From NCBI GenBank assembly GCA_028534125.1, contig CM052816.1:37016001-37080000 (forward strand): DNA of 64,000 nt, given 5' to 3'. The position numbers and the translations under genes are program-made. The stretch comes from Lama glama (taxonomy: Eukaryota). The notes under the pieces were generated by a model. It searched no databases. It saw only the letters and a program-made list of their open reading frames with translations, and was not told the DNA's origin. This document shows positions 27,160-40,480 of the stretch, piece by piece (position 1 is the stretch's first letter; the number at the start of each line of letters is the position of its first letter).

Positions 27160-27868
27160 AACATAGGAGTCCTAGGAGTATTTACCACTCTTGGCAAAAA
27201 TGGGAAGCGTCTGAAGCTCCCGGTCGCTCTGTATTGCCCTATGCGATGTTCAACGATGCACAGTAGAGGAAATATCAGCACCTACGGATCTTCATGAAAT
27301 TCAAGGGGCAGTGGTGCTTGCCATAATATTTAGGTATTCTTCTGGTATGTAGTGAGCAAAAGCTGACAATTTTAGATACACTGTGAGGAATGGTCATGTC
27401 CCCTACTAAGGTTCAAGCAGATGCACAATTTATTTATAATTATAGAGTGATGTTGGCTAAATATTAATATACAGTATATTTTCCCTGAATGCAGCTACAG
27501 AACTTTACCTTGTTATGTTTGGGATTTTGCTAATAATTATTCACTGTTGAGAAAATTTGGAGTCTTCAGTTTTATAAATTTGTTTCAGTATGCATTCATG
27601 GTTATTCTACATATTGGTGCAAATATCTAATTCCATCAGTGTATGTTCTAGTGTTGTCCTGTTTAAGTATATACCTATTGAAGTACACGTTATTTCATTA
27701 TAACTTTCTTTTCTTCATATGATGAGGAACATTGTATCAATCATTTTGAAATTAGGTGAGTAGGTTCTTCTTTTTGTTTATGAACTTCGTTTCAGCAGAG
27801 TAGAGGATTTTCAAAACGTTTTTTAAAAAACAACATCATTGTGTCTGATAGGATTGAGAACCAATGTT
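27160..27868 (-). mobile_element. hAT-Charlie DNA transposon remnant (MER119-like); left boundary uncertain
   Basis: Terminus 'gtctgataggattgagaaccaatg' is the reverse complement of a Charlie-type end CA(G)TGGTTCTCAA. Internal 'gcattcatggttattctac' and 'ttttccctgaatgcagctac' match my recollection of MER119. Confidence 0.7.
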
Positions 27869-27894
27869 GATAGAGGTTGTACAGGAAGTAGGTA

Positions 27895-28030
27895 CTGCAA
27901 AGAATGAGTGCTTGAGTTGAGTCAGAAGGCCTGGGTTATAATCTTGTCTCTGTTTTGTGAGAGTTTCTGTCTCGGGAGAGGTTTGAATTTTGAACATACA
28001 ATTAGTCATCAGTAAAATAAGGATGATTGC
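27895..28030 (+). mobile_element. MIR fragment
   Basis: 'gagtcagaaggcctgggttataatcttgtctctg..catcagtaaaataaggatgat'. Confidence 0.65.
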
Positions 28031-29237
28031 ATATAGTGTACATATTTTCTTTATGTGTTTATTAGATTTTGAGGATGATTAATCCGTCTTTATCATAGAC
28101 ATGGTAATAAGTACCACAAAAATAACAGAACTTCCTTCATTCCTTAACAACCATTTCTAACCCCATATTTAGTACCAGGTACTAAGTCCAGAAGATAAAA
28201 AGAATGAGTATCACAAATGTGTTTTCTAGTCCAGTTACTTTCACCATCTATACATAGTTATATTTAGCATCTATACAAGAATATTCACATACAAATTGGC
28301 ACTTTCAGTACCTCTTTTAAAGGTGAAATTCTTTGTCTTTAACCTACACACTACAGAAAAAAGCATGATCTTTGAATTAAAGAATTAGTTATATAGACAG
28401 ATGAAGATAGACATAGAAATAGGCACAGAGGTGAATAAGGGTAAATAGCTTTATCACATTTAGAAATGACATTGCACTCGAGGCTGAACTGCTCCACACA
28501 TTCACAGAACATGATCCAAAGAAAATACTGCTTAACAAATACATGAGTACAGCTACTTTTTTAAAGATGTAATTGCATCGTACCTGTGTAGCCAGAAACT
28601 TTTTATTCATTGATATTCTTGGTTTTAAACAACACACTTTAAATGACAATAATAATAAAAATAACTGGGTTTTTCAAATAGTATTCAGGAAAATTGAAAC
28701 AAAACAAAACCTAAAGCCTTTGTAGAGGATTTGCTGGAATATTTTGGAACTTTTTATTCACCTTTTACACAGAATACATAACTAAAATTTCTCATGAATT
28801 CTAGAATGATGCTAACAGAATTTTTTTCAAAAATTGCAATATAAACAATAGAAAAATCTAGGCTTTGGATTTTGTTTGTGAGAATAATCAGAACTGCCTG
28901 TTGTTACATTGTTTTCATATGATTTCTAAAGTGGTTATACTCGTTTTTTAAAAAATTCTGTTTAAATTGCCAGTGACTCAGACAGTTCAGTACAAAAATG
29001 CAATTTAGCAGAGCACTGGTAGACTTCTCTACACCAGTCTGAACTAGTCTTCAAAGATGATCCATTTTCCCCACATTTTTATCTTACCGATTGATATCCC
29101 ACCAGAAAATAAAAACTGAAAGTATGTGCTATGCCCTTTCTATTACAGATAATATAATTTCATTTTAACATTAAATTTATGAATTTAGAAAGTGTTTATT
29201 GGGAAGTACTTTATTTAAAACACTGTTAAAAAAACCC

Positions 29238-29312
29238 CTGTCTGAATTAAATTGTGTCCTCCAGAAAAGATATGTTAAAACCCTTACCCCCTGTACCTCA
29301 GAATGTGATCTC
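29238..29312 (+). mobile_element. MaLR LTR 5' fragment (MLT1B-like)
   Basis: 'tg..aattgtgtcctccagaaaagatatgtt..ccctgtacctcagaatgtga'. Confidence 0.8.
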
Positions 29313-29319
29313 CTCGTCC

Positions 29320-31245
29320 TACCCAAGCCCCATCCCTAATCTATCAGTAATGTTTCATTCATATATAAAATGCTGTTATTTGAATTGCTACCTAGATGGA
29401 ATCTTGCTCAATATAACTTTTGGGAATTGCCTTTTAATTTATTTTCATTTTTAAATTTTTTGCCTCAGAACAAGTCCCCAAAGATTAATTTTAAGGTATT
29501 ACATGGTGTATCTAGGTCTATCTATGTAATTCCTTGTAATTACTGAGTAATGTTCCATAGTGTGTATGTACCTTAGTTTAACTATTGACATGATTAAGGA
29601 CATCTAGGATGTTTCCAGTTTTGGATATAACAAGTCAAGCTGCTATAAATGTTAGTGTAGAGGTTATTTGTGTGAACTAACTTTCTTTCTCTGGGATAAA
29701 CACCCAAGTATGCAAGGATCATGCGGTTATTGCATCTCAAAGTCAGCTAGTTAGCAACCTGAATTCCACCTACAGTTTAATTCCTTTATGCTATGTAATC
29801 CAACATATTCACAGATTCTGGGGATTATGATATGAGTACTTTTGTGTAAGGGTGAAGGAACACTCTTCTGCTTAACCCAATCATCTGAGTTACTCTTGGA
29901 CCTGCACCTTAACATAAACTTTATAGAAAATTATTTTTTTATAAAAACCTTGCTGCAGTTTTGATAGAGATGGATCACTTTGGTAATAACTGACTTATTT
30001 ACTAAGCTGAATTTTCCAATCCATATACATGGTCTCTTCATGTACTTGGCTATTTCCAAAATTTCTTTCTTCAGAGTTTTGTTAAACAAATGCTCTACAT
30101 ATTTTAAATAATAACTAAGTATTTCATTTATTTTGGAGAAATTATAAAGGTATTATATTTTTTAACATTGGCTTCCAAATATTTATTGTTAGTACATAGA
30201 TATGCAATTCTAAAAAGAAACAGCTTTATTGAAATGCAACTCAAATAACATAAAATGCAATTCAGTGGTTATTAGTATTCACAGAGTTACACAACCATTA
30301 CCAATATATAATGTTAGAACACCTTCATCATCCCAAAACGAATCCCATGACCTTTAGCACAGATAATCCTCGTTCCCATCCACTGCTGCTTATGGCCACC
30401 ACTATTGAACTTTTGTATTTATGGATTGTCACAATCTGGAAATTTCATATAAAATGAGTTACACAAGATACGTGTTGCTTTTGTCATCTACCATGTTTAC
30501 AGGACTCATCCATGTTGTAGTATATGTTAGTACATTTCTTTTTTATAGTCAAATAATATTCCATATGGCATGCCAAAATTTGTCTATCCATTCATATGCT
30601 AGTAGACATATGTTTACATTATTTTGCTATTAGGAATGTTGCTAGGAACAACTGTGTACTCATTTTTCTCTAGAAAACTTTCAATTGTCTAGAGTATAGA
30701 CATAGGTCTTATACCTGAGTCATACAATAGCTCTGTATTTAAATTTTTAAATCTTAAATTGACAAGATTATTTCTTTTTTATAACAAAAAGGCTTTGACT
30801 TTAGTCAGATGCTTCTAAGAAATCCACTGAGATAATAATGTGGTATTCCCTTTCATTCTTTCATTGTTGGTTATTATATTACCTGATTTTTAAAGGTTAA
30901 ATTAACCTTGAAGTCTGGGAATAAACCCTGCTTGATCATGACACACTATTATTTTATATATTGTTGGATTCTTTTACATGATATTTTCTTAAGTATTTCT
31001 ATATCTATGCTTATGAATGGTATTGGTTTATAATTGTCTCTTTCTAAATTGACTTTTTCAGATTTTGATTTATGGCCTCTTAAAATGATATTCTTCATCC
31101 TATACTATCTAAAAGAGATTCTGTCGGACTAGTTTTATTTCTTCATTTTGTATTTATTAGATACACTAGTGAAGCCACTTAGAACTGGAGATTTCTTAGT
31201 GAAAAGTTAAATTTATGCATTCAATCTCTTTAATTATTGCATTTT
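29320..31245 (-). mobile_element. Patchwork of old L1M (L1ME-like) pieces, including an MLT1D/E-like fragment at about 29735-29880
   Basis: Antisense L1 3' UTR text (29320-29730, 30220-30760) and antisense ORF2 text (29930-30210, 30830-31240, e.g. 'ctgggaataaaccctgcttgatcatg'). MaLR text 'aacatattcacagattctggggatta'. Confidence 0.75.
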
Positions 31246-32990
31246 TTAATTTTTTAAACTTTTTTATTGAGTTATAGTCAGTTTACAATGTAGTGTCAAT
31301 TTCCAGTGTAGAGCACAATTTTTCAGTTATATATGAACATACACATATTCATTATCACATTCTTTTTGCTGTGAGCTACCACAAGATCTTGTATATATTT
31401 CCCTGTGCTATACAGTATAATCTTGTTTATCTATTCTGCATATGCCTGCCAGTATCTACAAATTTTGAAATCTCAGTCTGTCTCTTCCTACCCCCCACAC
31501 ACTTGGCAACCACAAGTTTGTATTCTGTCTCTGAATCTGTTTCTGTTTTGTATTTATGTTCATTTTTTTTTTTATATTCCACATGTGAGAGATCTCATAT
31601 GGTAGTTTTCTTTCTATTTCTGGCTTAATTCACTTAGAATGACATTCTCCAGGGACATCCGTATTGCTGCAAATGGTGTTATGTTGTCATTTTTATGGCT
31701 GAATGATATTCCATTGTATAAATATACCACCTCTTCTTTATCCAGTCATCTGTTGATGGATATTTAGGCTGTTTCCATGTCTTGGCTATTGTAAATAGTG
31801 CTGTTTTGATCATTGGGGTGCAGATGTCTTTTTGAAGTAGGGTTCCTTTGGGATATATGCCCAGGAGCAGGATCACTGGGCCATACGGTAAGTCTATGCC
31901 TAGTCTTTTGAGGAATCTCCATACTGTTTTCCACAGTGCCTGTACCAAACTACATTCCCACCAGCAGTGTAGGAGGGTTACCTTTTCTCCATAGCCTATC
32001 CAGCATTTGTCATTTGTGGACTTTGGGATGATGGCCATTCTGACTGGTGTGAGGTGATACCTCATTGTAGTTTTGATTTGCATTTCTCTGATAATTAGTG
32101 ATATTGAGCATTTTTTCATGTGCCTATTGATCATTTGTATGTCTTCCTTGGAGAATTGCTTGTTTAGGTCTTCTGCCCATTTTTGGATTGGGTTGTTTGT
32201 TTTTTTCTTATTAAGTTGTATGAGCTTCTTATATATTCTGAAGATCAAGCCTTTGTCAGTTTCATCTTTTGCAAAAATTTCCTTCCATTCCGTAGGTTGT
32301 CTTTTTGTGTTACTTATGGTTTCCTTTGCTGTGCAGAAGCTTGTAAGTTTCATTGGGTCCCATTTGTTTATTCTTGCTTTTCTTTCTATTGCTTGGGTAG
32401 ACTGCTCTAGGACAATATTTTTGTGATGTATGTCAGATAATGTTTTGCCTATATTTTCTTCTAGGAGGTTTATTGTATCTTGTCTATGTTTAAGCCTTTG
32501 GTCTATTTTGAGTTTATTTTTGTGTATGGTATAAGGGAGTGTTCTAGCTTCATTGATTTACATACTGCTGTCCAGTTTCCCCAACACCATTTGCTGAAGA
32601 GACTGTCTTTATTCCATTGTGTATTCTTGCCTCCTTTGTCGAAGATTAGTTGACCAAAAGTTTGTGGGTTCATTTCTGGTCTCTCTATTTTATTCCATTG
32701 GTCCATATGTCTGTTTTTGTACCAATACTATGCTGTTTTTAATAGTGTAGTTCTATAGTATTGTCTGAAATCTGGGAGAGTTATTCCTCCAGCTTCTTTC
32801 TTTTTCTTCAGTAATGCTTTGGCAATTCTAGGTCTTGTGTGGTTTTATATAAATTTTATTATGATTTGTTCTAGTTCTGTGAAATATGTCCTGGGTAATT
32901 TGATAGGGATTGCATTAAATCTGTAGATTGCCTTGGGCAGTATGGCCATTTTAACAATATTGATTCTTCCAAACCAGGAGCATGGGATAT
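31246..32990 (-). mobile_element. Young 5'-truncated lineage-specific L1 (about 1.75 kb)
   Basis: 224-aa ORF2 C-terminal frame at 31679-32353 ([47 protein letters not shown]) and a further ORF2 piece at 32503-32706. T-tail at the left end. Confidence 0.97.
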
Positions 32991-33355
32991 ACATTATTTT
33001 TATTTTATATTTTTCTTATTTTATTTTGGTAAATTATGCTTTACAATAAATTTACCCAAATTTGTTGTCTCATTTTTTGAGAAAAATTGCTAATAATAGC
33101 TCTTCTTTACTTTTTTAATATCTGTAGAATCTTCACTTTTGTTTTCTTTTAGATTTCTGATGTTGAAAATTATGTTTTCTCTCTTTTTTCCCTGATAAGT
33201 CTTGCTAGTAGTTAAAGATTTATGGATCTTTCAAAGAAACAACTTTAGTCTGGTGTCTTTCCTTATTATTTTATTATTTCTTTTTTCATTGATTTGTACT
33301 CTCATCATTTGCATTTTTCACTTATCATGGATTTAATTTGCTCTATTTTGAGAGC
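32991..33355 (-). mobile_element. Continuation of the old L1M ORF2 interrupted by the young L1
   Basis: Antisense ORF2-like 'ctgataagtcttgctagtag..gatctttcaaagaaacaacttt..ggatttaatttgctct'. Confidence 0.7.
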
Positions 33356-36300
33356 TAGAATTTAGTTAAAATTTTGCTTAAACTTAGATCACCTCTGCTT
33401 TTTAACTCTTGGAAGATACTTTTAATTTCTTCTCTTCAGTAGAGCCCTAAGGCTAAATACTTTAAGTCTGATAGATCTTAGCATTGAGTCTACCAGATTT
33501 TGAAATTGTGAGATCACCTAACTATAAGATTGCCAGCATTCTATATATCAAGACTGGACACTTAGAAAGAATACAAGGACCTCCTTTTGTCGTGCATCCT
33601 AGATTAAGAATACCTGATACACAAATATATAGTAAGACAGGATGTGATTGTAGGTACGTTAGCATGGGTTTAGTGAAAGAAATCAGTGTCATGACTGAAA
33701 CTAGTTTTTCTAATTAGCTTTGAATTTACTTGTTCTGCCATGTTAGGAATTGGGTAGGCCACAATCATGCAGTGAAGGGTTAAATTTCCTTGGCAGGATC
33801 TAGTAATTATAGATATTGATTACTTTAAAACATCACTGAGCTGACAGGATAAGTAAGGCCCACTTGTCTCACTGTTTGGTCCTTTTATTTCTCACAAGAT
33901 GGATGAGTTAATAAACAGGGAGCAAGCACTCCCATAAATTCAGCATCTGTAATATTTGTCACCTTTGGAATTACTTGGATGAAAGGGACATCCTTTATGT
34001 GAATCCACGGGAGAGGGCTAGCAGACTTTCCCTGGAATCTGTATTCCACACTGTGATTAACACTACGTTGATGTTACAAAAAGGCAGTGTCATTAGATGA
34101 AAATGCAATAAGAAGGAACTGTGCTTCCTGTGTAGTGTTTCACAAATGATAAGCCTCTTTCTACACATTATGGTTTTGTTCAGTAGCATGGTTTTGTTAC
34201 TTCTTATTCTTGGGGGCATAGTTTAAAAGACAAGCTAAACTGCATATTAGACACACAGACATACATGGCCTATTGAACAAGAAAGCCCAAATAATTGTCT
34301 CCAAGTTAGAAGTTAGAATTAATGGATATTTTTAAGGTTAATGTAAAGGTTATCTGATTAAATTCCCTCACTTTTAAAAAAGGAAGAAACTAAGAATTAA
34401 GGAGGAGTTATGACTTTTCCAAGGCTACAGGAACATTTAATCGCAGAGCTCCTGAACTATTCCCATTCAACTATAGAGGAATTAGGCTTATTTAATAAAT
34501 CACAGGGTCTGTTCAGATGTTGGGTAGCTTACTTTTTCTTTTCTATTTTATAAAAATGTGATGTGTATAAATGTCTAAATTTGACTTAGTCTGTGGATAA
34601 AATTCTTTTTTTTAAATAAGTAAATATTCATGCTTCTTCATGTTTGGAAGTGAAAATTTTGGTACATAGTTACAGAGAACAGAGAACAAGGTTTAGTTTT
34701 CTAAAAGGTGAGCTGAGTCAATAGAAATTCTAATGTAAATAAAAATGAATATTGTTCAATTGATATGAGTTTTTTTAAAACAATAAAAGTAGTAGGATTT
34801 CTAACCTATAATTGTGCCTCATAAGGTAATCTGATCTACTAGATAAAACTGTATAATTCTTCTGCAATATTGGACATACTATTGACTTCTTATTTACTTA
34901 ATGCATGTCTGGATTCTCCTTTTCAAATCAGATGATTGTGAAACCAGATTTCTGGCCATACTGTATATGGAGTTTTATTGCTCCACTTGACTGATCATTG
35001 GCAGAATTCATTCAATAGTCAACTACGGCAATAAATGTAAATCTTTATTATCAGAACGAGCTGTTCAGCATAGTGGACATGTGAAATGGCACGGATTTAG
35101 TATAGACTATATGTTCACTATTTTAGAATTTGAGGTTTTTTTAGTCCTTTTTAATGAGACTCCCAGAGAGTAAACATGTTTACTTTAGTATCTATATAAT
35201 TCTAATTCAATAGATCAATATTTATCACAAAAATAATCAAATTTAAGTTTTTAGAATGCCTGATGAAATGTAAGAGCGAAAACCCACAACTTTATTTAAA
35301 GATAATTATTTCCCCTCACCTGGCATCTCTTTCCAGCTTGCTTAAGGCTAGAAACATGCAATAGGGAGAGATGGATTATGATCAGCATCTTCTGTCTTCT
35401 GCTGTGCTCCTCGTCACCCTCTCCATAGCTGATGCTGCTGACCTTTTCAGGTTCTCACATAAGAATCATTTATGGAGAAGGGGTATCGGAAAGGGGCAGA
35501 AGTTCTTTTCTAAGCAGCCAAAGAAATATGGAGTTCAGTGAATATTTAAAGCTAGCTTTTCATTTCCTATGATCATAGTAAGAAAACTAAAGGCAAGAAA
35601 TCCAGTTTTAATAAGCATAAAAAACCCCCCACAAAATGCAAGTGATCATAGTCTTAACTGAAACAGGAGATATTCACAAAATCAAACTGACAGAAATTTG
35701 GTGCTGATGAATGGGGGAAGTATGCATCTTAAGAATCTGGCTTTTGTGATTGAGAGCTATCTGAAAGTATAATTTGTGGCATTTATAGAAAGAAAAAACT
35801 CTCTTGGATAATGATCCACTTTCTAAGGTATGTGATTTTTCTGGTGACTGTGACTATCAGAATAATAACCATAGTACATGCTTAAAATCTCCTTAGGCAA
35901 CATATACATCTATTTAAATCTTTGGTGGGGGAGCAGATAAGAGAGGATTTTACTAAATATAAAAGGTAAAATAATAAATATGTGGAATAAATGGACTCAC
36001 AGTAAAGACTGAGAACTTGGACGAGTAGCTCTTATATCAATTGTCGGGTGAGGAAATGGCTTCTCTATGTATGCCTCCATACCTTTTATGCTTCCACTGA
36101 GAAACCTCTGTCTCCTGGAACACAGTTTTCCTCTTCATTGCCATTGAGTTGATTAAGATGAAGATGGAGGGCAATAATAGGGATGTTACATATCCTTGGC
36201 TCCTTCTAGTGGCAAGGCCAACCTCTACCCTGAGTCCAAAGTGACGTTCATTCTCTTATTAGGAAGATATATGGCTGTAGTGATAACACCCCTTATGTGT

Positions 36301-36589
36301 CTTCACCAGCCTAAGTGATTACATTGTAATCACTTCATGCTCACTCTTCTATGGGTCACAAGAAAATGATTAATTTTATATTCCTGAAAAACTACATGTG
36401 ACCAACAGCTGAAAATTATAGTTAGGCAGATTTTGGTTCAGCCTAAAGAAGGGCTTTCCAACTATTTAACTATCTAAAATTCAGAATGAAAAGAACTGTC
36501 TTGGAACAAATCTGCTTCTATTAAGTGAATGTGTTCTACTAGAGAGTGGACAAACACTTGGGGTGCTTGGCAAGGATAGGTCTTCACAC

Positions 36590-36890
36590 CTCAACTTTTA
36601 TGTAACATTTTTTCAGCTATTCACATATTGGCATGCTATTTCTGCTACAATTAATTTAACATTAAAAAAATCAACCTTAATTTTATTTACTTAAAAAAAA
36701 CAAACTTGGCTTTGTTCTAAGTGATCATACTCATGAAATCCAGGCAATTGTATGCTAGTAATAGCTTAGTTTTCCATTAATAGCTTAGTTTTCTATTACA
36801 TGTTAAAATAAATTGACAGCTATTAAAGTTTTAAATATCCATCTATGTAGCTTCTAAATCATCTTATGCACCAGCCCTGAGAAACAGGAT
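36590..36890 (+). mobile_element. hAT-Charlie remnant (MER113-like) with an internal 19-bp tandem duplication at 36759-36796
   Basis: 'gttctaag..catgaaatc..tatgctagt..ttaaaataaa..ctattaaa..ctaaatcatctt..gcacca' resembles MER113 as I recall it. Confidence 0.6.
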
Positions 36891-37629
36891 TCTAGCTTGG
36901 AAGAGATGACCATTAAGCTTCCTTCCATCCGCAGAATTGCATAGTTTTCTATATTTTACATTATATATGCACTTTTATTTGCACATTTTATGTAATAATA
37001 TTTTCATATTTATGAGCATAATTATGTTTGACATATGTGATATTGGTGATTAATATTTAGGTATGAGCATGGTTGCCACTGTAACAGTGTTTGATAATAA
37101 AAAACGTATCTAATTCCTCTCATATAAAGTAGTATAAAACTAGCTTGGCAGCACTTCACTGCTTTATAAATTAAACCCAGTGGGCATTGCTACTTTAAGC
37201 AATGTCTTCATGCAGTAAGATATATTGCAGTCCAAGTTTGTTAACCTTTAAGAAAATAAATTTACCCACCAAAAGTTTTACATGCTTTTCCTTGGTTTAT
37301 AGTGTCTTTGAATTTCTTCTGCCTCCCACTAATCCAGTCTTATCAGCTCTCTCTGTCACTTCTACTTTATGTCCCAGATATACTGATTTTCTCTGAATTT
37401 TTAAAATCTTTATTCTCTTTTAATTCCTGTATCTTTCCATTTGCTCAACAACATCTTCCTCATTCTTGTTTTCCACAATTTCCACTCATTCCATGACAGA
37501 ATACATCTAAGAGCACTTTTATGACTATCATTTCTAAACTCTTAAGCTATGTATTTTCAAATTGTTCTACTTCCTGTTTTGTAACTACTAACACTGGTAA
37601 TTGTTCAATGTCTGACTATTTCACTGGAT

Positions 37630-38690
37630 GTTTTTATTGACTTTATTTTGGTATACAGTTCTATGAACTTAAACACATGTATACATTTGCATACCGTCAT
37701 CACAATCAAGATACAAAATAATTCTTTCAGTCCAAAAAACTGCTTCTTGCTATCTGTTTATAATCGTATTACCCCAAGCCCCTATCACTTCACAACCACT
37801 GATTACCTCACTGGTATGTTCTTGTCTGTTTGAGAATGACATATAAATGGAGTCATACAGTGTGTAAATTTTTGAGACTGGCTTCTTTTACTCAGAATAA
37901 TGCCCTTGAGATGCATCCGTGTTATTGCATGTGTCAGTAGTTCATTCCATTTTTATTGCTCGGTAGTTTGTGGTTACACCACAATTTGTTCATTCACCTG
38001 TTGAAGGACAAATAGGATTATGTCCAGGTTTTGTGATTATTAACAGAGCAACTATAAACATCCATTTTGTGTGAACATGGGTTGTTATTTTTTTCCCTAC
38101 TGTAAGTATAATTACTGGGTCATATGGTATACATATGTTTAACTTTACCAGAAACTTCCCAAATGGTTTTCCAGAGTGGACATACCATGCTGCATTCCCA
38201 CCAGCAAATTATGAGAGTTCCTGTTGCTCTGCAACCTCTCAACTCCTTGGTACTCTCAGTATTTTCAATGCTAGCCATTCTAGTAGGTATGCAGGAGTAT
38301 GTCACTGTGGCTGTATTTTGCATTTTCCTGATAACTAATGATTTCAAATATCTTTTAATGTGCTGGTTTGCCATGCATGTGTCCTACTTGACACAGTACC
38401 CATTCAAGTTTTTGCCCTTTTTAAATTGAGTTGTGATCTTAATGCTTATTTTGAGAGTTCTTTAAAAAATTTTTTTTTCTTTTTTTTTACATTTTTTATT
38501 GATTCATAATCATTTTACAGTGTTGTGTCAAATTCCAGTGTTCACAATTTTTCAGTCATTCATGGACATACACACATATAAAAAATTTTGAATACAAATT
38601 ATTTTCTACTTGTACAGTTTACAAATACTTTTCACCCTCGGTAGCTTTATGTTTCCATTTTCCTAGCAGTGTCCTCGACAAAAAAAAATT
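37630..38690 (-). mobile_element. Old L1M (L1MD/ME-like) 3' region, interrupted by a short young L1
   Basis: ORF 38120-38374 (-) resembles the ORF2 C-terminus (MANQHIKR..IRKMQ..PTRMA..CWWEC..PLWKT). Antisense 3' UTR text to its left. Confidence 0.85.
38474..38578 (-). mobile_element. Very short (about 105 bp) young L1 3' end with an 11-bp TSD
   Basis: T-tail plus 'acattttttattgattcataatcattttacagtgttgtgtcaaattccagtg', homologous to 31260-31345. TSD taaaaaatttt at 38463-38473 and 38579-38589. Confidence 0.88.
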
Positions 38691-38709
38691 TTTGAGCATT
38701 TTAATAATC

Positions 38710-39600
38710 TATTTTACATCAGAATAGTTTTATATTTACAAAACGTTATAAAGAGAGTAGGGAGAATCCCTATCTACACAAATACAGTTTTTCCTGTTGT
38801 TAAAATCTTACATTAATATGGTACATCTGTCAATAATAATGAACTTGTACTGATACATTCTTATTAATTAAAATCCATGCTTTATTCAGATATCATGTCC
38901 TTTTTCTCTTCCAGGATGCCATCAAAGACACCACATTATATTTAGCTAGCATTATTCCTTGGGACTCCTCCTAGTAGTGACAATTTCTTAGACTTTCATT
39001 GATTCTGATATCCTTGGCAGTTTTAAGGAGTATTAGTCAGGTATCCTGTAGAATGTCCTTCAACTGGGATTCATCTTATGTTTTTATCATGATTATGCTG
39101 AGGTTACTGGTTTTGGGGAGAAAGACTACAGAGGTAGAGTGTCATTCTCATCACATCATAACAGCACATGTTATCAATATGAGTTATCACTGTTCATATT
39201 AACTGGACCAACTAACTAAGGGAGTGTTTGTCTTATTCCTCTCATGTGAACTTACTCTGCTTCCCCTTTTTCAAACTTTGCCTTTAGGAAATGCCACTAT
39301 GTACATTAAGAGTGAGTGGTTTTACTTCACCTTCTTAGGGGCAAAATATCAACATAAATTATTTGAAATTCTTCTGCAAGGAATATATACCTATTTTCCT
39401 TTATGTGTATATTTATTTATGTAATGTTGTATTTATGTCAGTACAGGCTGCTAGATATTCATTTTATACCTAGGGCAATAAACTAACACTTCTTTATTTA
39501 TTTTGTGGTTCAAATTATTCCAACTTTGGCCAATAGGAGATCTTTCAGTTGGTGCCTATGTCCTTTGGACATATACCCATCATTGTGGGATTTGGTAATA
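38710..39600 (-). mobile_element. L1MC4-like 3' UTR
   Basis: 'agaatagttttatatttacaaaa..aaaatcttacatta..ccaggatgccatc..ccacatt..tagaatgtccttcaactgggat..ccaactttggccaataggag'. Confidence 0.8.
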
Positions 39601-40114
39601 ATTATAGTTATAAAAAAATTAAAATTCTGCTTTACCAGATGCCTTGTCATTTTACCTAATTATAACACATTGATCAGCATGTGCTAGGGACAGTGACTAT
39701 TTGCATACCTTTACTTAGTTTTGATTTCATTTTATAGATGAGGAAGTATAACAAAATAAGGCAGGAAAGGAAAACAGTGTGTTCTCAAAATAATAAATTT
39801 CAAAAGCTTAGGAGGTGATTGTATTGGTAGTAGTGAAGTAGTGGCTAGGGTGAAAAGTAGGCGAAGATAGATTTCGACATGGTGCACAAGAGGTGTCCAA
39901 CATATGCTTCTTGACTAAAATTTTATATTCAGTCCCTAAGCCTGTTTAGACGCCTCCATATACTCCTCTCTATTCTGATCATCATAATTCAATCCCTCAT
40001 TGTTTCTTGCTTGAATTCTGGAAAAGCCCATTGATATTTCTACTTTTAGTCTTAACTTTTTAAAATCCATTCTCCATCAGAGAATAGTCCAAAGGCACAT
40101 TTAATAATGAGAGA

Positions 40115-40480
40115 TAGTTGAGCATTATGAAATATTACAGATTTTGGGATAAGTTTGGTATGGGTTTAAAATCTCCTTCTACTCCTTTTTTGCTTTAAGC
40201 AAACTATTAAACTTCTCTAGCTTCACCTTCCATGTGTGAATTTACTAAACATAGGATCATAGCAAATATCACAAAAAATAGCTAGTATCACTATTATTAC
40301 TGAGCGCCTATTGTGGGACAAACACAAAGATAAGTGGTATGCACATCACAATATCCTCATAAGCTGGAGACTTTTCTAGACAGGAAAACTGAGACACAGA
40401 ACAATTATATAATTATTCAAGTTCACATAGCTAGCATATGATAAAGCAAGAGTTCAAACAGACATTTTAGACTCTAGGAT
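40115..40480. mobile_element. Two MIR fragments in opposite orientation (about 40115-40240 +, about 40290-40480 -)
   Basis: 'gggtttaaaatctccttctact..aaactattaaacttctct' and 'tactgagcgcctattgtg..aaaactgagacacaga..caagttcacatagctag'. Confidence 0.7.

Noticed and set aside
31679..32353. Longest ORF (224 aa) as a host gene
   Set aside because: It is the L1 ORF2 C-terminus inside a 5'-truncated element. The overlapping plus-strand ORFs are its antisense shadow.
34932..35036. Possible plus-strand coding exon after 'ctccttttcaaatcag'
   Set aside because: The frames translated hit stops and the donor is weak.
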